Counted from the first letter of the stretch, positions 50,078 to 62,899 are shown. The stretch: 64,000 nt of DNA from Lama guanicoe (GCA_013239625.1 MU054323.1:13377950-13441949), one strand, 5' to 3'. Program-made: numbers and translations. The notes: generated by a model from the letters alone, not told the origin.

Positions 50078-50589
50078 TGTTACCAACCCAGGTTGCCTGA
50101 CTCAGCGCAAACCAAAATGCTGAGATGCTGAGATTCACAGCAAAGAGAGGGCTTATTCGCAAGGCAGCCAAGTGAGGAGCCTGGAGAACAAACCGCAAAC
50201 ATGCCTCCCGGAACGCAGAGGCCCTGAGAAAAGGAAAAAAGCAGCAGGGTTGTTGGGAGAGTAGGGAGCGTGATGTAAAAAAGGGGCGGTAATCATCCTT
50301 CTGCGCAGGCGTAACTAAACTACAAGCCTCTGTAAGCTCAAAACGTCATCAGGTTTACACTTGCGCATGCCCAGTTGAAGGGTTGGTGGTCCCTTCCTGT
50401 CTTAACCAGCTCAGCTGAACTAGGCACAGCTGAAGCCAAGTTTGGAAAACAACTCAAACATCTTATTGTTTAGGTTACTTGCAACTTGGAGGACATGGAA
50501 GTCTTTTGCGGCAACAATTAAAACAACCTTGATTAGTAAAGGCCAGTTACAAGTGAAAGGAATGTAACTAATGATTACCCGCCCTTTCA
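50078..50589 (-). mobile_element. 5' LTR of a class I ERV
   Basis: Minus strand TGAAAGGG...GGTAACA; AATAAG hexamer about 75 nt from the end; followed by PBS and gag. Confidence 0.8.
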
Positions 50590-50874
50590 TGTCCAGCTTT
50601 CACCCATCTTTGCGCCTGTAGGACAGGTATTGTTGGAGGAGTACGAGTTATCTCCCAAGGCATTTACAAAGATTTTTCTTTTTACAGATGACTGAGCATA
50701 ACTAGAACATGCTAAGCTTTCTTGTTGTGAACCACACAGAATATTGAATAGGACTTTGATTATCCTGATGCTTCTCCACGTACTCTGCACTCTCCTTCCC
50801 CCCACAGACTTACATAAGAATTCACTGAAGCCTGCATGAGAATTTCGATTTCTCCCCCAAAAATGTCCCTGAAG

Positions 50875-51135
50875 CCAGGTACACTCAAAGTGTGATCCTC
50901 AGACTAGCTGTATTTCCTAAGAGAGCTTTAGAAATGCAGAATCTCAGACCCACAAACAAGATTCCCCAGATGACTCCTCTGCGTATTAAATTTTCAGAAG
51001 CACTGTTTTAAAGAAGTAGGTTTGCTTGGCTGTGTATTGAAATTATTTGCGAAGCTTGAAAACCTGAAGGCTCTATCTCCAGAAATGCTGATTTAATTGG
51101 CCTGGGATGCAGTGGGATTCCTAATCTTAGAACTG
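50875..51135. mobile_element. MER5-family fragments
   Basis: TAGAAATGCAGAATCTCAGACCC...AGAAGCACTG and GCTGATTTAATTGGCCTGGG...AGAACTGCT. Confidence 0.65.
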
Positions 51136-51299
51136 CTACTCTTAGAACAATGAGCCTTATCTGTAAAATAGGGACAATGACACCTGTCCTTATGAACTCA
51201 CAGGAGTGTAGATGGGATCAAAATAAGATTATATTTTAATAAACTTTATAAACCAGGATTCACTGTGTTCAGATAAATGATAAAATTTCACATTTTGAG

Positions 51300-51786
51300 G
51301 TATGCGGAAGTCATTCTGGCTTATACACAAGTGAACCTGAATTTTATGCTAACTAGAATAGGTCATTTATGGCCTATCAAACATATATTGTACAACTGCT
51401 TCAATTATTAAAGAAAAGGGTGCATTGATCAGAAGTAAAGAATGTCCATATTAAAAGTAAAGATTAAATGCCTCCCTTCCTGGGACAGCAATGCTGGAAC
51501 TTCTTTCCATGATGACAAGACTCCCTTCCCTGGTACTAAGGCCACATTGACTTGCTGTGTATGTGCTTATTTGTTTTATCTTGTTTGAAACCTTGACGGA
51601 ATATATTCCTCACTTGTTTAATGCTTTGTCTGACAAGATATAAAACTGTGCCAAAACCATGCTCCTCCGAAGCAATTTCTCTTAGTTACCTGACAGGCTG
51701 TCTTCAAGCCTATATTCTTCAGTTTGGCTCAAATAAAACTCTTTTCTATTCCTATTAAAATTGTTTATTGATTATTTTCATCAACA
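51300..51786 (+). mobile_element. ERV1 (MER34/39-like) solo LTR
   Basis: TATAAAA near 51639, CAGTTTGGCTCAAATAAAACTCTTT poly(A) region, terminal AACA; 5' boundary approximate. Confidence 0.68.
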
Positions 51787-52896
51787 TGAGCAATGATTAT
51801 TCGTTTCCTGGTGCCACTAACACTTTAAAACCTCGACTCTTCTACATGATCCTTTTACTACAGTGAAGAATTGATCTGGGTTCCTTCCCTCTCCCCTTCC
51901 CAGATGCTTTCCTCCAAACCTGAGGCCTCCCTTGGATGCACTTTCATTTAAACTGTCCACATCTCCAGGATGTGGAGACCCTACTTCTTGCCTAGTCATT
52001 GAAGTAATTTTCTGGAATAAATTGCTAAAATGGAGGATCAGAAACAAAAAGTCTTGGAGGATTGCGCTAGAAAAATTATATGTAAATTGCTAAGTCATCT
52101 AAACTTTCTGAAAAAAAGGCATGGGATTCTGGAGTCAGAATCAGTGTCAGAAGGCATGGGAGAGAAGGAAATTGATCAGGGACAAAATATCCTCAGCAGC
52201 ATGAGCTGGTTAAGTGTCATTTCAGACAGTTTAAATGTCTCAAATGTTCAAGGTTTTCTTGGATCCTCTCTTGGAGAAAAATGGCCACACTGACTCACAT
52301 GATCTCAAGTGTACTTGAGAGTTTATTCTCCCACCCAGAAAGGGATCCTGAGACATAGCCCAGGCCCCGAGGAGGGAGGCTCTGCCATCAGTGTAGCTGG
52401 ACCCTGGTGACTCGGTGGGAATAGGCCAGAAACCCTTCCATCACCATCCGGACGCACAGAGCTGACAGGCAGGCAATTCCTGGATAGGGTAGTACCCTCG
52501 GTCTGGGAACACCCAACCTGCTTTTCCTGGGACACCCTTCTTCCCAGCAAGGCCATGACATTGAGCATGAGGACCAAGATGCTACACAGGAAATGACATG
52601 TTGACGATAAAAGCAGTCAAATCATTCAGCCCAACTACCATTCATGATTTTCAAGCCCTAATTGCAAAAATGACTTAGCTGGAAGCAGGGGCTGGGCCAG
52701 TCACCTGTGGACTACTTGCACCTTTGGACATTGAATTGAAAACACCGTAGTTTCTACACGTTATCTGAAGTGTAGTTAAATGTCTCCAAAGTCTCCCCAG
52801 CCTGGTACAGATGGGACAGAAACTCACTTTTTGAGGGCTGTCACTGCTTCCCTCACCCTCAAAGCTTCCTCTACCTTCTCTTCATTAGTTCCTGGA

Positions 52897-53091
52897 CAAG
52901 TGCTATCCCATAGAACTTCCTGCCATGATGGAAAGGTTCTACATCTGAGGTGTCCTGTGTGATAGCCACTAGCCACATGTGGATATTGAGGACTTGAAAA
53001 GTAGCTAGTGCAACCAAGGAACTGAGTTTCAGATTTTATCTACTTTCAGTTAAACTTAAATAGCCACCTTGGCTAGTGTGGACAGCTCAGC
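52897..53091 (+). mobile_element. MER3 hAT element
   Basis: ATAGAACTTCCTGCCATGATGGAAA..TTCTA...TAGCCACTAGCCACATGTGG...GGAACTGA. Confidence 0.85.
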
Positions 53092-53492
53092 CCTAGGGTC
53101 TGACTGTTCCCTGGCCCTCACACTTCATGAGGATCCATTCTCTCCCAATTGCCTCCCCCAATCCGTGGTCCCCCAGTGAAGTACTAGGCAGAAAGCTGTT
53201 TATGGCAAAGAAAACAATGCCTTTGTGGCTACAACTTGCCCTCCAAAGCAAATTTATAATCAGTGTTTAAGGAAAAGAACAAATGAACTCACATAAATCA
53301 TTTTGTCTTACCTTCAGAGATCACGATACACACTTCACTTTCTCCAAATATAATCAATCATCTTTGCCACAGCAGCAAAGAGTAGCAAGAGGGAGGTCAC
53401 AGAGCTCTAAACCCCGGAGAAAGGGAGGCAGTGATGCCTGCCAACACAGAGAAAACTCCACCTCTCCCTCCTCTGGCCTTTACTGTCATACT

Positions 53493-53670
53493 CAGGTGTT
53501 CTCCAAGTGCGGTCCCCAAACAGGAGCATGGGCATCACGTGGCAACTTGTCAGAAATGCAAATTCTCAGTTCCACCCCAGACCTGTGGATCAGACACACT
53601 GGGGTTGCAGCCCAGCAATCTAACAGGCCCTCCAGAAAATCCTGATGCGTGATATAGTTTAAGAACCGCT
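53493..53670 (+). mobile_element. MER5A
   Basis: AAGTGCGGTCCCC...GGCATCAC.TGG.AACTTGTCAGAAATGCAAATTCTC...AGAACCGCTG. Confidence 0.85.
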
Positions 53671-54016
53671 GCTGTAAACAGCCATCTGTTTGGGGGGCAA
53701 AAGGTGCCTCCTAGGCTCCAGAGATCATGGGACTTCTTTCAGGAGGCTCCTACCCACAATACCCTCCCAGGCATAGACACTGAGATAAGAGCTCAGTTCC
53801 GTTCTCCTTTTCCTATTTCCATTCCCCAACCCACCAGCTTTCCCTCTTTTAACTAGCCTAAGCTTCACCCCTCCAAGTAGGCCCAAAATAAATGCCTCCT
53901 TTCTGAGCACCTCATCCAATAGGGTTCTTATTTATTGATGGTCTACTAGAGCACTCTCCTAATTATTTTCCATATATTTCACATATAATCGTCATAACCC
54001 TGTAACCTAAGTATTA

Positions 54017-54178
54017 AGAGGTGTTGCTGGAACTGGCTGTTACCAGTTCACGAGAGCTAATTGTGCGTATCTATTCCCGACTCACTGGTGGCTGGAAATT
54101 GGCCATGGTGAGAGTATTGACACCACAGAAACAGGCGCGTGGAGGGCTGATTGTTAAACACTTACCAGTGCACCACTG
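54017..54178. mobile_element. MER63-like hAT element nested in a minus-strand MIR (~53930-54280)
   Basis: TGCTGGAACTGGCT...GAGAGC.AATTG...GATTGTTAAACA.TTACCAG..CACCACTG. Confidence 0.65.
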
Positions 54179-54634
54179 AATGATCCTTTCTTATAAATGA
54201 GGGAAATAAGATTAACGAAGTTGAGTTGGCCAAGACTGCATATATAGGAATTTAAAGCCGGGTCTTGTAACTCTCAAACCAGCCTGTTTTTGTTACAGGG
54301 CTCTCCTGGTGATACTTTTGTTTCATTCACCTGGCAGCATCCAGAAGGCACCAGGCTCAAAGTATCCTTATATAAGGCAGGAAGGGCTCTGTCGGTTCAA
54401 ACTGATCGGGTTAGGTGGAGTGGAAGGGGAAATGTATTAATTAGAGAACAGGGAAGCCACACCTTTGAGGACAGGCTTAGCTATTTTTCAAATCATTCCC
54501 CTTTAAGAAAGTCTCTTATATTTAAGATTTTCTTAGCTCCTCTCTTGGAAAAATTGGCCACAATGACCTGCGGTAATCTCCAATTTAACTGAAGATTTGC
54601 TCTCCTATCCTGAACAGGATCTTGAGACACAGAT

Positions 54635-54930
54635 GGATTTTGATAGGGATTGCACTGATTTGTAGATCAGTTTGGAGAGCAATGCCATCTTAATGATATT
54701 AAGTCTTCCAAACCATGAACATGGGAAATATTTTCATTTATTTAAATCTTCTTTAATTTCTTTCAATGGTTTTATGTAGTTTACAGAATATGAACTGTAC
54801 ATTACTTTGTTAAATTAATTCCTATGTATTTCATTCTTTTTGATGCTACTGTAAGTGGAATTGTTTAATTTCTATTTCAGTTTACTTATTGCTCCTGCAC
54901 AGAAATACGATTGTGTTTTACATATTGATC
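54635..54930 (-). mobile_element. Old L1 ORF2 fragment
   Basis: GGATTTTGATAGGGATTGCACTGA...AGTCTTCCAAACCATGAACATGG is antisense L1 ORF2. Confidence 0.8.
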
Positions 54931-55427
54931 TTATTGGCCTCACTCCCAGAAAGGTGATTTCCACCACACCTGCATTCACTGTTCCTTTCTATGCCATCTC
55001 TTTCTGGTCTCCTTTCCCAAACATTAAGCCTACTACATATTGACCCCTTGTTCTATGTCAAGCCTGCCATCTAATTTTCATGAGAACCTTACTCCATCCC
55101 CACATTACAGATGAGGAACTGTGGCTTGGAGAGGTTAAGGAAAGGCCCAGGATTCCACAACAAAAAATACCCAGAGCACCAGCCAAGTTCCCAGCCCATA
55201 GTCCCATCCACCATGCCTGAATCTGCCACCATCTTGCATACTCTTGCTTAGGAAGAAAATACACGTCTCAGTTTACAACAGGAGAGGAAAATGGGTATAG
55301 AGGAGATTCTCCTGCAGAATCTCTTAGAGCAAGACTTTTATCAGACTCCTCGTTACTTAGCATTAATGAGTCCCAGGTCACAGAGGCTGAAGCAGAATGT
55401 CAGGCTCAAGTGTATATATCTCATCCC

Positions 55428-55890
55428 ATTCCTTCCTTCCTTCCTTCATTCAATAAAGATTTACTGAACACTGTGCTGTGCTGGGCAGCATAGCAGGGCT
55501 CGGATCTAGCAGTGATCTTATAAACAACACTCCCGTCTTCATGGAACTTCCATTCTAGTGAGGGGACAGTAACACCAAGTATTATGTCATGTTAGTAAAA
55601 ACTCTGAAGGTAGACGGAAGGGGATGGAGAGAGGCTATTTCACAGAACATCAGGGAAGGCATCTCCTGGGATTATATTTGAGCAAAGGCCTCCGTGAAGT
55701 AAGGGCATGAAAGGCCTGCAGATATCTTGTGAAAAGAATTCCTCTGTTTTAGAGGAAATACAGAGAAGCTGAGGTGGGGATGTCCAGGGAACTTTAGAAC
55801 CGTTAGGCCAGTGTGACTGCAGTGGAAAGAGCAGTAGGGGATGCCTCCAGAGAGGCAAAGGGAATCTTTCTTCTGTGAGGATTATGGGCC
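55428..55890 (-). mobile_element. LINE2 3' end
   Basis: CATTCAATAAAGATTTACTGAACAC...TCATGGAACTTCCATTCTAGTG...TCAGGGAAGGC.TCTC. Confidence 0.78.
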
Positions 55891-56544
55891 AAAGTAAGAA
55901 AGTTCTCCTACTTTCTAAGATTTTTTTAAAAGTACCCTTTCAGCGTTTAGGCATCTTGACTTTTCAGCCCATCCCCAGACTCAAATGTCCTTAAACGGTG
56001 AAAACTTTTTCTGCTCTTCCTAAGCAAACTCCTGTTCCTCTCCACAGGGGTGATCCCGGCTGGTTCCTTTCCTTGTGGCTTAAATAGTTCCCTACAGGTT
56101 ATTCTGAGCTATAATAATCCCAGAGCCTCCTAAGGCACATACAACAGGATGTCACGTTGCTCCTGAGCCCCAGGTGGAATGTCCCGCTCTTGGAAGAGAA
56201 AACAGGCCCTTCCTCTCCCACCCGGGGAAGCCCAAAGAGCAAAAGCAAGAAGGAAAATGAGACCTTCCTACACAAATAGCAAGGGGCAGCCACTAGGAAA
56301 CACGCCCGGCTAGATTCATTTCAGCCCCTTTGAGACCAAGAAGTTCCTATCAGGTGGGACCCTGGGAGAAGGCGGGGGCGGGGGTGCTCACCAAGGTGCA
56401 CACCACTCCCGCTGGTGGGTAGGTAGCAGAGGGAAGGCAGTTGAAAAGGGGGAAATAATTTGTATAGAACTTTCCTGCGTAGAAGAACTGGATAGGCACT
56501 AATCAGCCTCCACTAAGATTTTAAAGGTTGAAGGCTATTTCACT

Positions 56545-56820
56545 TATCCAATAAACATGCATTAAATACTTATTTTACCAGGCATTGTGCTTGATTCTGG
56601 GAATATGGAGATGAATAACTTGTAGTGTTTGAGCCCACAGCTAGCTCAGAAGCTGATGGGAGCCCAACTAACCATATTACAACCAGGTAAGTAATCCAGG
56701 AGAAGCTAGAATTCAGTGTTTCGGGAACAAGGAGGAACCAGTTGATTCTGCTTAGCTGCAGGGATGGGAGTGGGGTAGGGTAGAAGCCCCGGGGAGAAGA
56801 TGAAATACTGGAATTGCATG
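56545..56820 (-). mobile_element. LINE2 fragment
   Basis: CCAGGCATTGTGCT..TTCTGGGAATATGGAGATGAATAA. Confidence 0.6.
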
Positions 56821-57465
56821 GGTCTTAAATTTCACTGGAAAAAAGAAAAGCAACATCACAGACACTACACCTGTCCTTCCTTAGAGCATTGGCAATCTTA
56901 GGATACCTACCGGGGTCCTAATTTCTGGCTCTTCCACAGCCAGATATAAGACCTTGAACAAGACTCTGTGTCTCTGTAACTTTGTTGTTTCATCAGTACA
57001 GTGAGCTCTGAGGTCCCTACTATGTCAAAAATTGTCTGATTCTTTGATTTCCTTTTATCAAAATGGCTTTTCTTCCCCAGCCTGATTTCTTAATCCTGGT
57101 ATGTGTGGTCATATAAAGGATTCACTACTTTAGGATGGCTTAACCTATCTCAGGAAAAATCTCTGGAAAGCTGGGTGTTTCTGTGTTTCATACATGTATA
57201 AGAACAGGTGGTGACTGCTCTACCAGGACACGGGCATTCTGTACATTGGAGTCTGATGTGAAAAGGATCAATTAGATTCTAAATCCACTGGATCATGACA
57301 AGAAACTTCAACTTTACATTTGCCAGTGTGAAAAAGGAAGCGTCTTTCAATACAAGTTTAAATGTCTTAAGCTTCTGAATAATTTTTAGAAAAATTAAAC
57401 ATTTCTAGCTATCTATTCATGCAAATTTTTCACTGAAGTTGACTGTTAAGAATCTGACAGATCAA

Positions 57466-57596
57466 GGTTGGGTGAATATAGCTCAAGCAGTAGAGTGTAT
57501 GCTTAGCAAGCACAAGGTCCTGGGTTCAATTCCTGGTACCTCCTCTAAAAATAAATAAACCTAATTAACACCCCCCTGCTGCCAAAAAGAAAAATA
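57466..57596 (+). mobile_element. tRNA-Ala-derived SINE (Vic-1 type)
   Basis: TATAGCTCAAGCAGTAGAGTGTATGCTTAGCAAGCACAAGGTCCTGGGTTCAATT; degenerate TSD AAGAATCTGACAGAT / AAGAATCTAAGAGAT. Confidence 0.88.
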
Positions 57597-57989
57597 AAGA
57601 ATCTAAGAGATGAAGGTAAAAATCTAGATCAGGTACTGCAAGTGATTATTTAAAAGATAAAATACAAAAAGTATTGCAGCTATACTCAAACTTCTCACTA
57701 AAACTTAAAAAAAAAAACCATTTTATTAGGAAGGGTTAGGAAAATGCCATAATACTTTATATTATACCTGCTACTTCATATTTTATCTTTCTTAAAATGT
57801 ATAATGTAAAAAATTTTTAATGAATTATTTTCCCATCAAACTCACATGGGGGCCTCAAATTCCCTCCCTTTTATCCCAGTGTGCCAAATAAAATAACTGT
57901 GAAATGGGCTCTTTGCCATCATGTGAGAAGCATTAGGAAGCATTACTGCAGGGTCTATTCCTGTGGGTGGAAGCGATCATTTTACATAG

Positions 57990-58525
57990 GAGTCATCCTT
58001 CCCCACTGATCTGCAGGGGCAGATCTGATTTAGATCAGGTTTCCACTATGCATGACTCTGTTTCTGAGCTCTCTGTTTAATTCCATCACTTTTAGTTTAT
58101 CTCTGCATCTTTACCACAGTGTTTTCATTATTGTAACGTTTTCTTAAAGCCTTCATTTTTGATAAGGTCAATTCCTCCACCTTTTTCTTCAGGAATACAT
58201 TCACCTTTGCTTTTTCTTTTTTTTTAATTAGTAGACTTTATTTTTGAGCAGTTTTATGTTTATTGAAAAATTGAGAGAAAAGACAGATGGTTCTTATCCA
58301 CTGAACTAGTTAAGACCTCCATCTAGTACAATACTGAATTGTAGGGTGGTGAAAGCAGGCATCTTGATTTGAAAGAAAATCTTTTTACTGTCGCCCAATT
58401 TAATGTGATGCATGCTGAAGTGTTTTTATGTATGCCTTTTATCTGGTGAAGGATGTTCTTCCCTATTCCTAATTCTCTACAGGGCTTAATATGAATATAA
58501 ATGTTGAATTTTAATGAATTATTTT
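57990..58525 (-). mobile_element. Ancient L1M fragments
   Basis: Degenerate antisense L1 ORF2 phrases (AAGACCTCCA...TAGTACAATACTGAAT; TTCCCTATTCCTA; AAATGTTGAATTTT). Confidence 0.6.
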
Positions 58526-59188
58526 GCAGCTGAAGAAAATATTCCTTTCGGTTTTGCTGCCTACAGAAACCTGATGCAACTCAAGAATAAAGTTCTAAGT
58601 CTGACACATGCCTGAACTGGCCTTTGGGAGAAATGCTCAGTGGGTCATCCAAGAAACCCAGGCCAATATAGGATTATAAAAATTTTCATTGATTGATTGA
58701 GATAATAAAATCTTTTATTATTCTCCCTTTCAGCAGGCAACCAAGTTAGCTAATTACTGGAAATTATAACTTGACTTCTCTTAAACAGTACATGACTTGG
58801 TGCAAAATTAAAACCTTGAGTATGTTGTATTTCCAGAGAGGCTTGTCTAGGAAGCATTCAGTTCAACAGCCAAATGCAGTGCCCTAGCACCTTGCAGCAC
58901 AGAGATCCTTTATCTGCTCTGGCAGCATACATCCTCAGTCCCACCCACCCAGTTTACCCATATTAAAGATGGAAGGGGCCAACAAAGGAGAGAGGCGGTA
59001 AGGAAGGGAGGAGTAGGAAATAGGAAGAAAATAGCGATAATGAGATCTCCTAGTGAAAAAGCATAGCGACCAACATCAGAGGAAGGTGGATATTGTCCAC
59101 CTAAGAGCCAAGAGAGGCATTGCTACAATGTTAGGGTCAAGTGTTTGCACTAGAATCCATTAATTTTTTTTCTGTTGTTTACTGTATA

Positions 59189-59351
59189 CAGTCAGTTCTC
59201 TATCTTCATGGGTTCCACATCCTGGGATTCCACTGTGATATGGAACCCACAGGTACAGAAGGCCAATGGTCCTATGCCACTTTATATAAGGCATTCAAGC
59301 ATCAGCAGGGGTCCTGGAACCAATCCCTGGGGGATACCAAGGGACGACTGC
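59189..59351 (-). mobile_element. MER2-like Tigger MITE
   Basis: Ends GGGGTCCTGGAACCAATCCC...GGATACCAAGGGACGACTG; TA before the left TIR. Confidence 0.78.
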
Positions 59352-61595
59352 ACTAATATGCAGTGAAGTATTTCCTTTTACTACATGTATGAGTGTGAGA
59401 ACTTGGCATTCTTTCACATTTATTTTCTTGCTGTGTGTTTTGCACCAAGTTTTTACTGACTCCTTTGGCTACTGCATAGGAAATTGTTTCTATGAATTCT
59501 GTTTTGCTAGTTGATTTGTATTTGCTTTTATAAAAATTCATTCAAATGTATTTCATGTTGTGATCTGGAATTTCTGATTTCCAGTATTTGTTGGAAGACT
59601 ATATTGATATCTGTTTATACAGTAGTCCATGTGGGATATGGGATTTCGTTTACCAGTAAATTTGTTTTCTTTTGTAGCCTACTCAATACCAAAAGTCAGT
59701 AACACTAATATATTTATTTTTAACTGTGTGAATTTATACATTTTTCAGGGTTGGTAAAATATTCTTGCATAATTAAAATTGAGGATTTTCATCTGAACTT
59801 CTGTATATAGTAAACTTCATCTACAGAACCATGTAAAACTCTCTTTAAAACCAGTGAGATGAAAACTATTTCATTTTTTCCCTCCACATTCCCCACTACC
59901 CCCACCAAATTTCCTTGTGAAACTGGCATATCTGAGCTGCCAGTAAATACAATATATATATTGACTTTTATTGGATGGCAACTGTTTGCTCTGGTCTTCA
60001 CACTCTCATGAATTACATAAGTAGAGCTTGCACAGCATTCTCTGGAGGTGGTTTTTGGTGTTTTTTGTTTGGGTTTGGCTTTCTTTTTCTTTGTTTCTTT
60101 CTTTCTTTTTTTTTTTTTTTTTTTTTTTGGATTTTTTTTTTTGATCTGGGCCAGTCCCTAGAAGCCAGCTGCTCAAACCAGTGGGCACAAGCAAAGCCCT
60201 GTGGTCTCCTGAGCCCCTACCCTTTGGCACCTCTACAATGGACTTCAAATCTGCAGGAGAAAGGAAACAGATCTGGGTGGTGTTTGTTTTTAGTGTCAAG
60301 GAATGACATCACTGCCAGAGATTATGACTTTGGACAGCTGGTGGGTGGGCTTGGATTTACAGCCCAGAAAGGTCAAACTTTGGTTAACAGGCCACATCAT
60401 TAGTGCACAGAGAACACTATATGTGAGTTTTAAAAGTAGGAAACATTAAACTGTAAACTGGATGGTGTTTGCCAAGGCCAAAAAGTATGCTTTGTATAAA
60501 ATTTACATGATATGCTTGGGCCAATTTTTTTCTTTTATTCTAAATCTAAATTTTCTTTTCTTTTCTTTTTATTCAGTAGGCAAAGGTTCTTGCTGAGTTA
60601 AAATCAAAGAGTTGAGCTTTGACTAATTCCTTTTCTAATTTCCATGGGCTCTAAACAGTCAATGTAGGAGCTCATAGTTATAAGAGCACAGGTAAAAAAT
60701 GAGTTGGAAATGTCCAGTAGGGACTGAAAGGTGAATCAGTGCTGTTCCCTCTCCATAGGGATCTGTAAACAGGGTGAACCAGGGAGAACAGGGCAGGAGT
60801 TTGGGGTCATCAAGACAAGGGCTTTCAAGGACCAGATTCTCCCCACACTGAGTGTACTCCTGGAGTAAACTGGTTGCTATGGACGCCTATGATCTGCCTC
60901 AGCATACAATGGGACCAACTGAAGTCATTACTTTAAGATCAGGGAAACATAATACAAATTTCATGGCAAGTTAAATGGCAGTTTGGTCCCTAAGCTTGAA
61001 TGAATGGCATTTGGGACTTTGCTGTGGCAAACAGAGATTAATGATGGGCTTTGTATCACGTTTGTCTGAGAGTACCACCACTGGATGGCAGTAACAATCC
61101 TTGAATTTCCCCTTTTTCTTATTTTTTCTACTCATTAACTAGTCCTCCTTGTCCAACTAAAAAATGCCATCCTTTTAGAGTTAGCTTTTACCAGAACACT
61201 TTTAATGTGATATGCCTATGATGTGTTAGGCTAAAGTTCGAAAATTTAAAAATAAAAAATAAAAAAGTAAAGATAATTGTGTGTATTGTAGTCAAAACAG
61301 GATAGAGAAATTTGTAGGACCACAAAAGTCAGGCAATTTTTCCATTAGTTAAGGGTAATACTCAGTCACTATGCCATTTTAAAATCAAATTAGGTCCAAA
61401 GTGATGAGCTATTGATTACACAAGGTCTCATGGGGACTTCAGACTTCTAAATATGAGAGAGAATAATGGTCTCAAAAAAGGACACAGGAGTTATCTTTTC
61501 ACTGGTTACCTTCAGAATTGAACGAAAGGTTATACAATCCCTAGAGCAGACTTTCAAAAGAAGGCTCATAGGCACTCAAAAGTCTCCATATCCAA

Positions 61596-62334
61596 GTAGA
61601 GAAAAGGGAACCCTCCTACACTGTTGGTGGGAATGCAGTTTGGTGCAGCCACTATGGAAAACAGTATGGAGATTCCTCAAAAGACTAAAAATAGACTTAC
61701 CATATGCTCCAGCAATCCCACTCTTGGGCATATATCCAGAGGAAAATCTTAATTCGAAAAGATACATGAACCCCTGTGTTCACAGCAGCACTATTTACAA
61801 TAGCCAAGCCACGGAAGCAACCTAAATGCCCATCAACAGATGACTGGATAAAGAAGCTGTGGTGTATTTATACAATGGAATACTACTCAGACATAAGAAA
61901 GAATAAAATAATGCCATTTGCAGCAACATGGATGAACCTGGAGATTGTCATTCTAAGTGAAGTAACCAAAAGAGAAAGAAAAATATGATACTACTTATAC
62001 GTGGAATCTAAAAAGTTGGCACAAATGAACTTATTTATAAGACAGAAACAAACTCATAGACATAGAAAACAAACATGGTTTCCAGAGTGGGAAGAGGGAG
62101 AAGGATAAATTAAGAATCTGGAATTTGCCAATACTAACTACTGTATATAAAATAGGTAAACAACAAGGTCCTACTGTTTAGCGCAGGGAACTATATTCAA
62201 TACCTTATAACCTATAATGATAAGAAATGTAAAAAAGAATTACATACATATATATACACATATATATAACTGAATCACTATGCTGTATAGCAGAAACTAA
62301 CATAACATGGCAAATCAACTATACTTCAATAAAA
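61596..62334 (+). mobile_element. 5'-truncated L1
   Basis: Perfect 18 bp TSD AAAAGTCTCCATATCCAA (61578-61595 / 62335-62352); ORF2 C-terminus [15 protein letters not shown]; 3' UTR and A tail. Confidence 0.93.
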
Positions 62335-62544
62335 AAAAGTCTCCATATCCAAAATGGAGATCATTATCATTTTTATCATTATTATATCATTATTTTAACT
62401 TCCAAGGTTACTCATTCACTTATTCTACAAATATTTATTGAACACCTTCAGACTAGCACTGGGTGTTGGCAGTATATTAGTGCCCAAGGGAATCAGAATC
62501 TCTGAGAATGGGATGAGAGATGGGTCTGGTTATTTTACTTTGGT

Positions 62545-62898
62545 AAACTTTTTATTTTGATATAAATTCAAACTTACGGAAAAGTTTCAAGAAGTATGTA
62601 AGTAACTCCCATACTCTTTACCAAGATTTGCAAATTGTTCACACTTGCACTATTTTCTTCTTTCTCTCTGATCCTCTGTCTCTCTATGTACAATTTTTTC
62701 CAAATCATTTGAGACCAAGTTGTAGATATCACATGCCTGTATCCTTATTTACTTCATTCAGTATGTTTCCTAAGAACAAAAACATTGTCTTATATAAATG
62801 CAATACATGGTGAAAAATCTGGAAATTTAATGTTGGTATAATCCATTATCTAATCAAGAGTCCATATTCAAATTTCATCAGGTGTCCCAATAATGTTC
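62545..62898 (-). mobile_element. Old L1MC/MD-type 3' end
   Basis: AACTTTTTATTTTGA.ATAA.TTCAAACTTAC.GAAAAGTT.CAAGAA...TATGTTTCCTAAGAACAA. Confidence 0.72.
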
Positions 62899-62899
62899 T

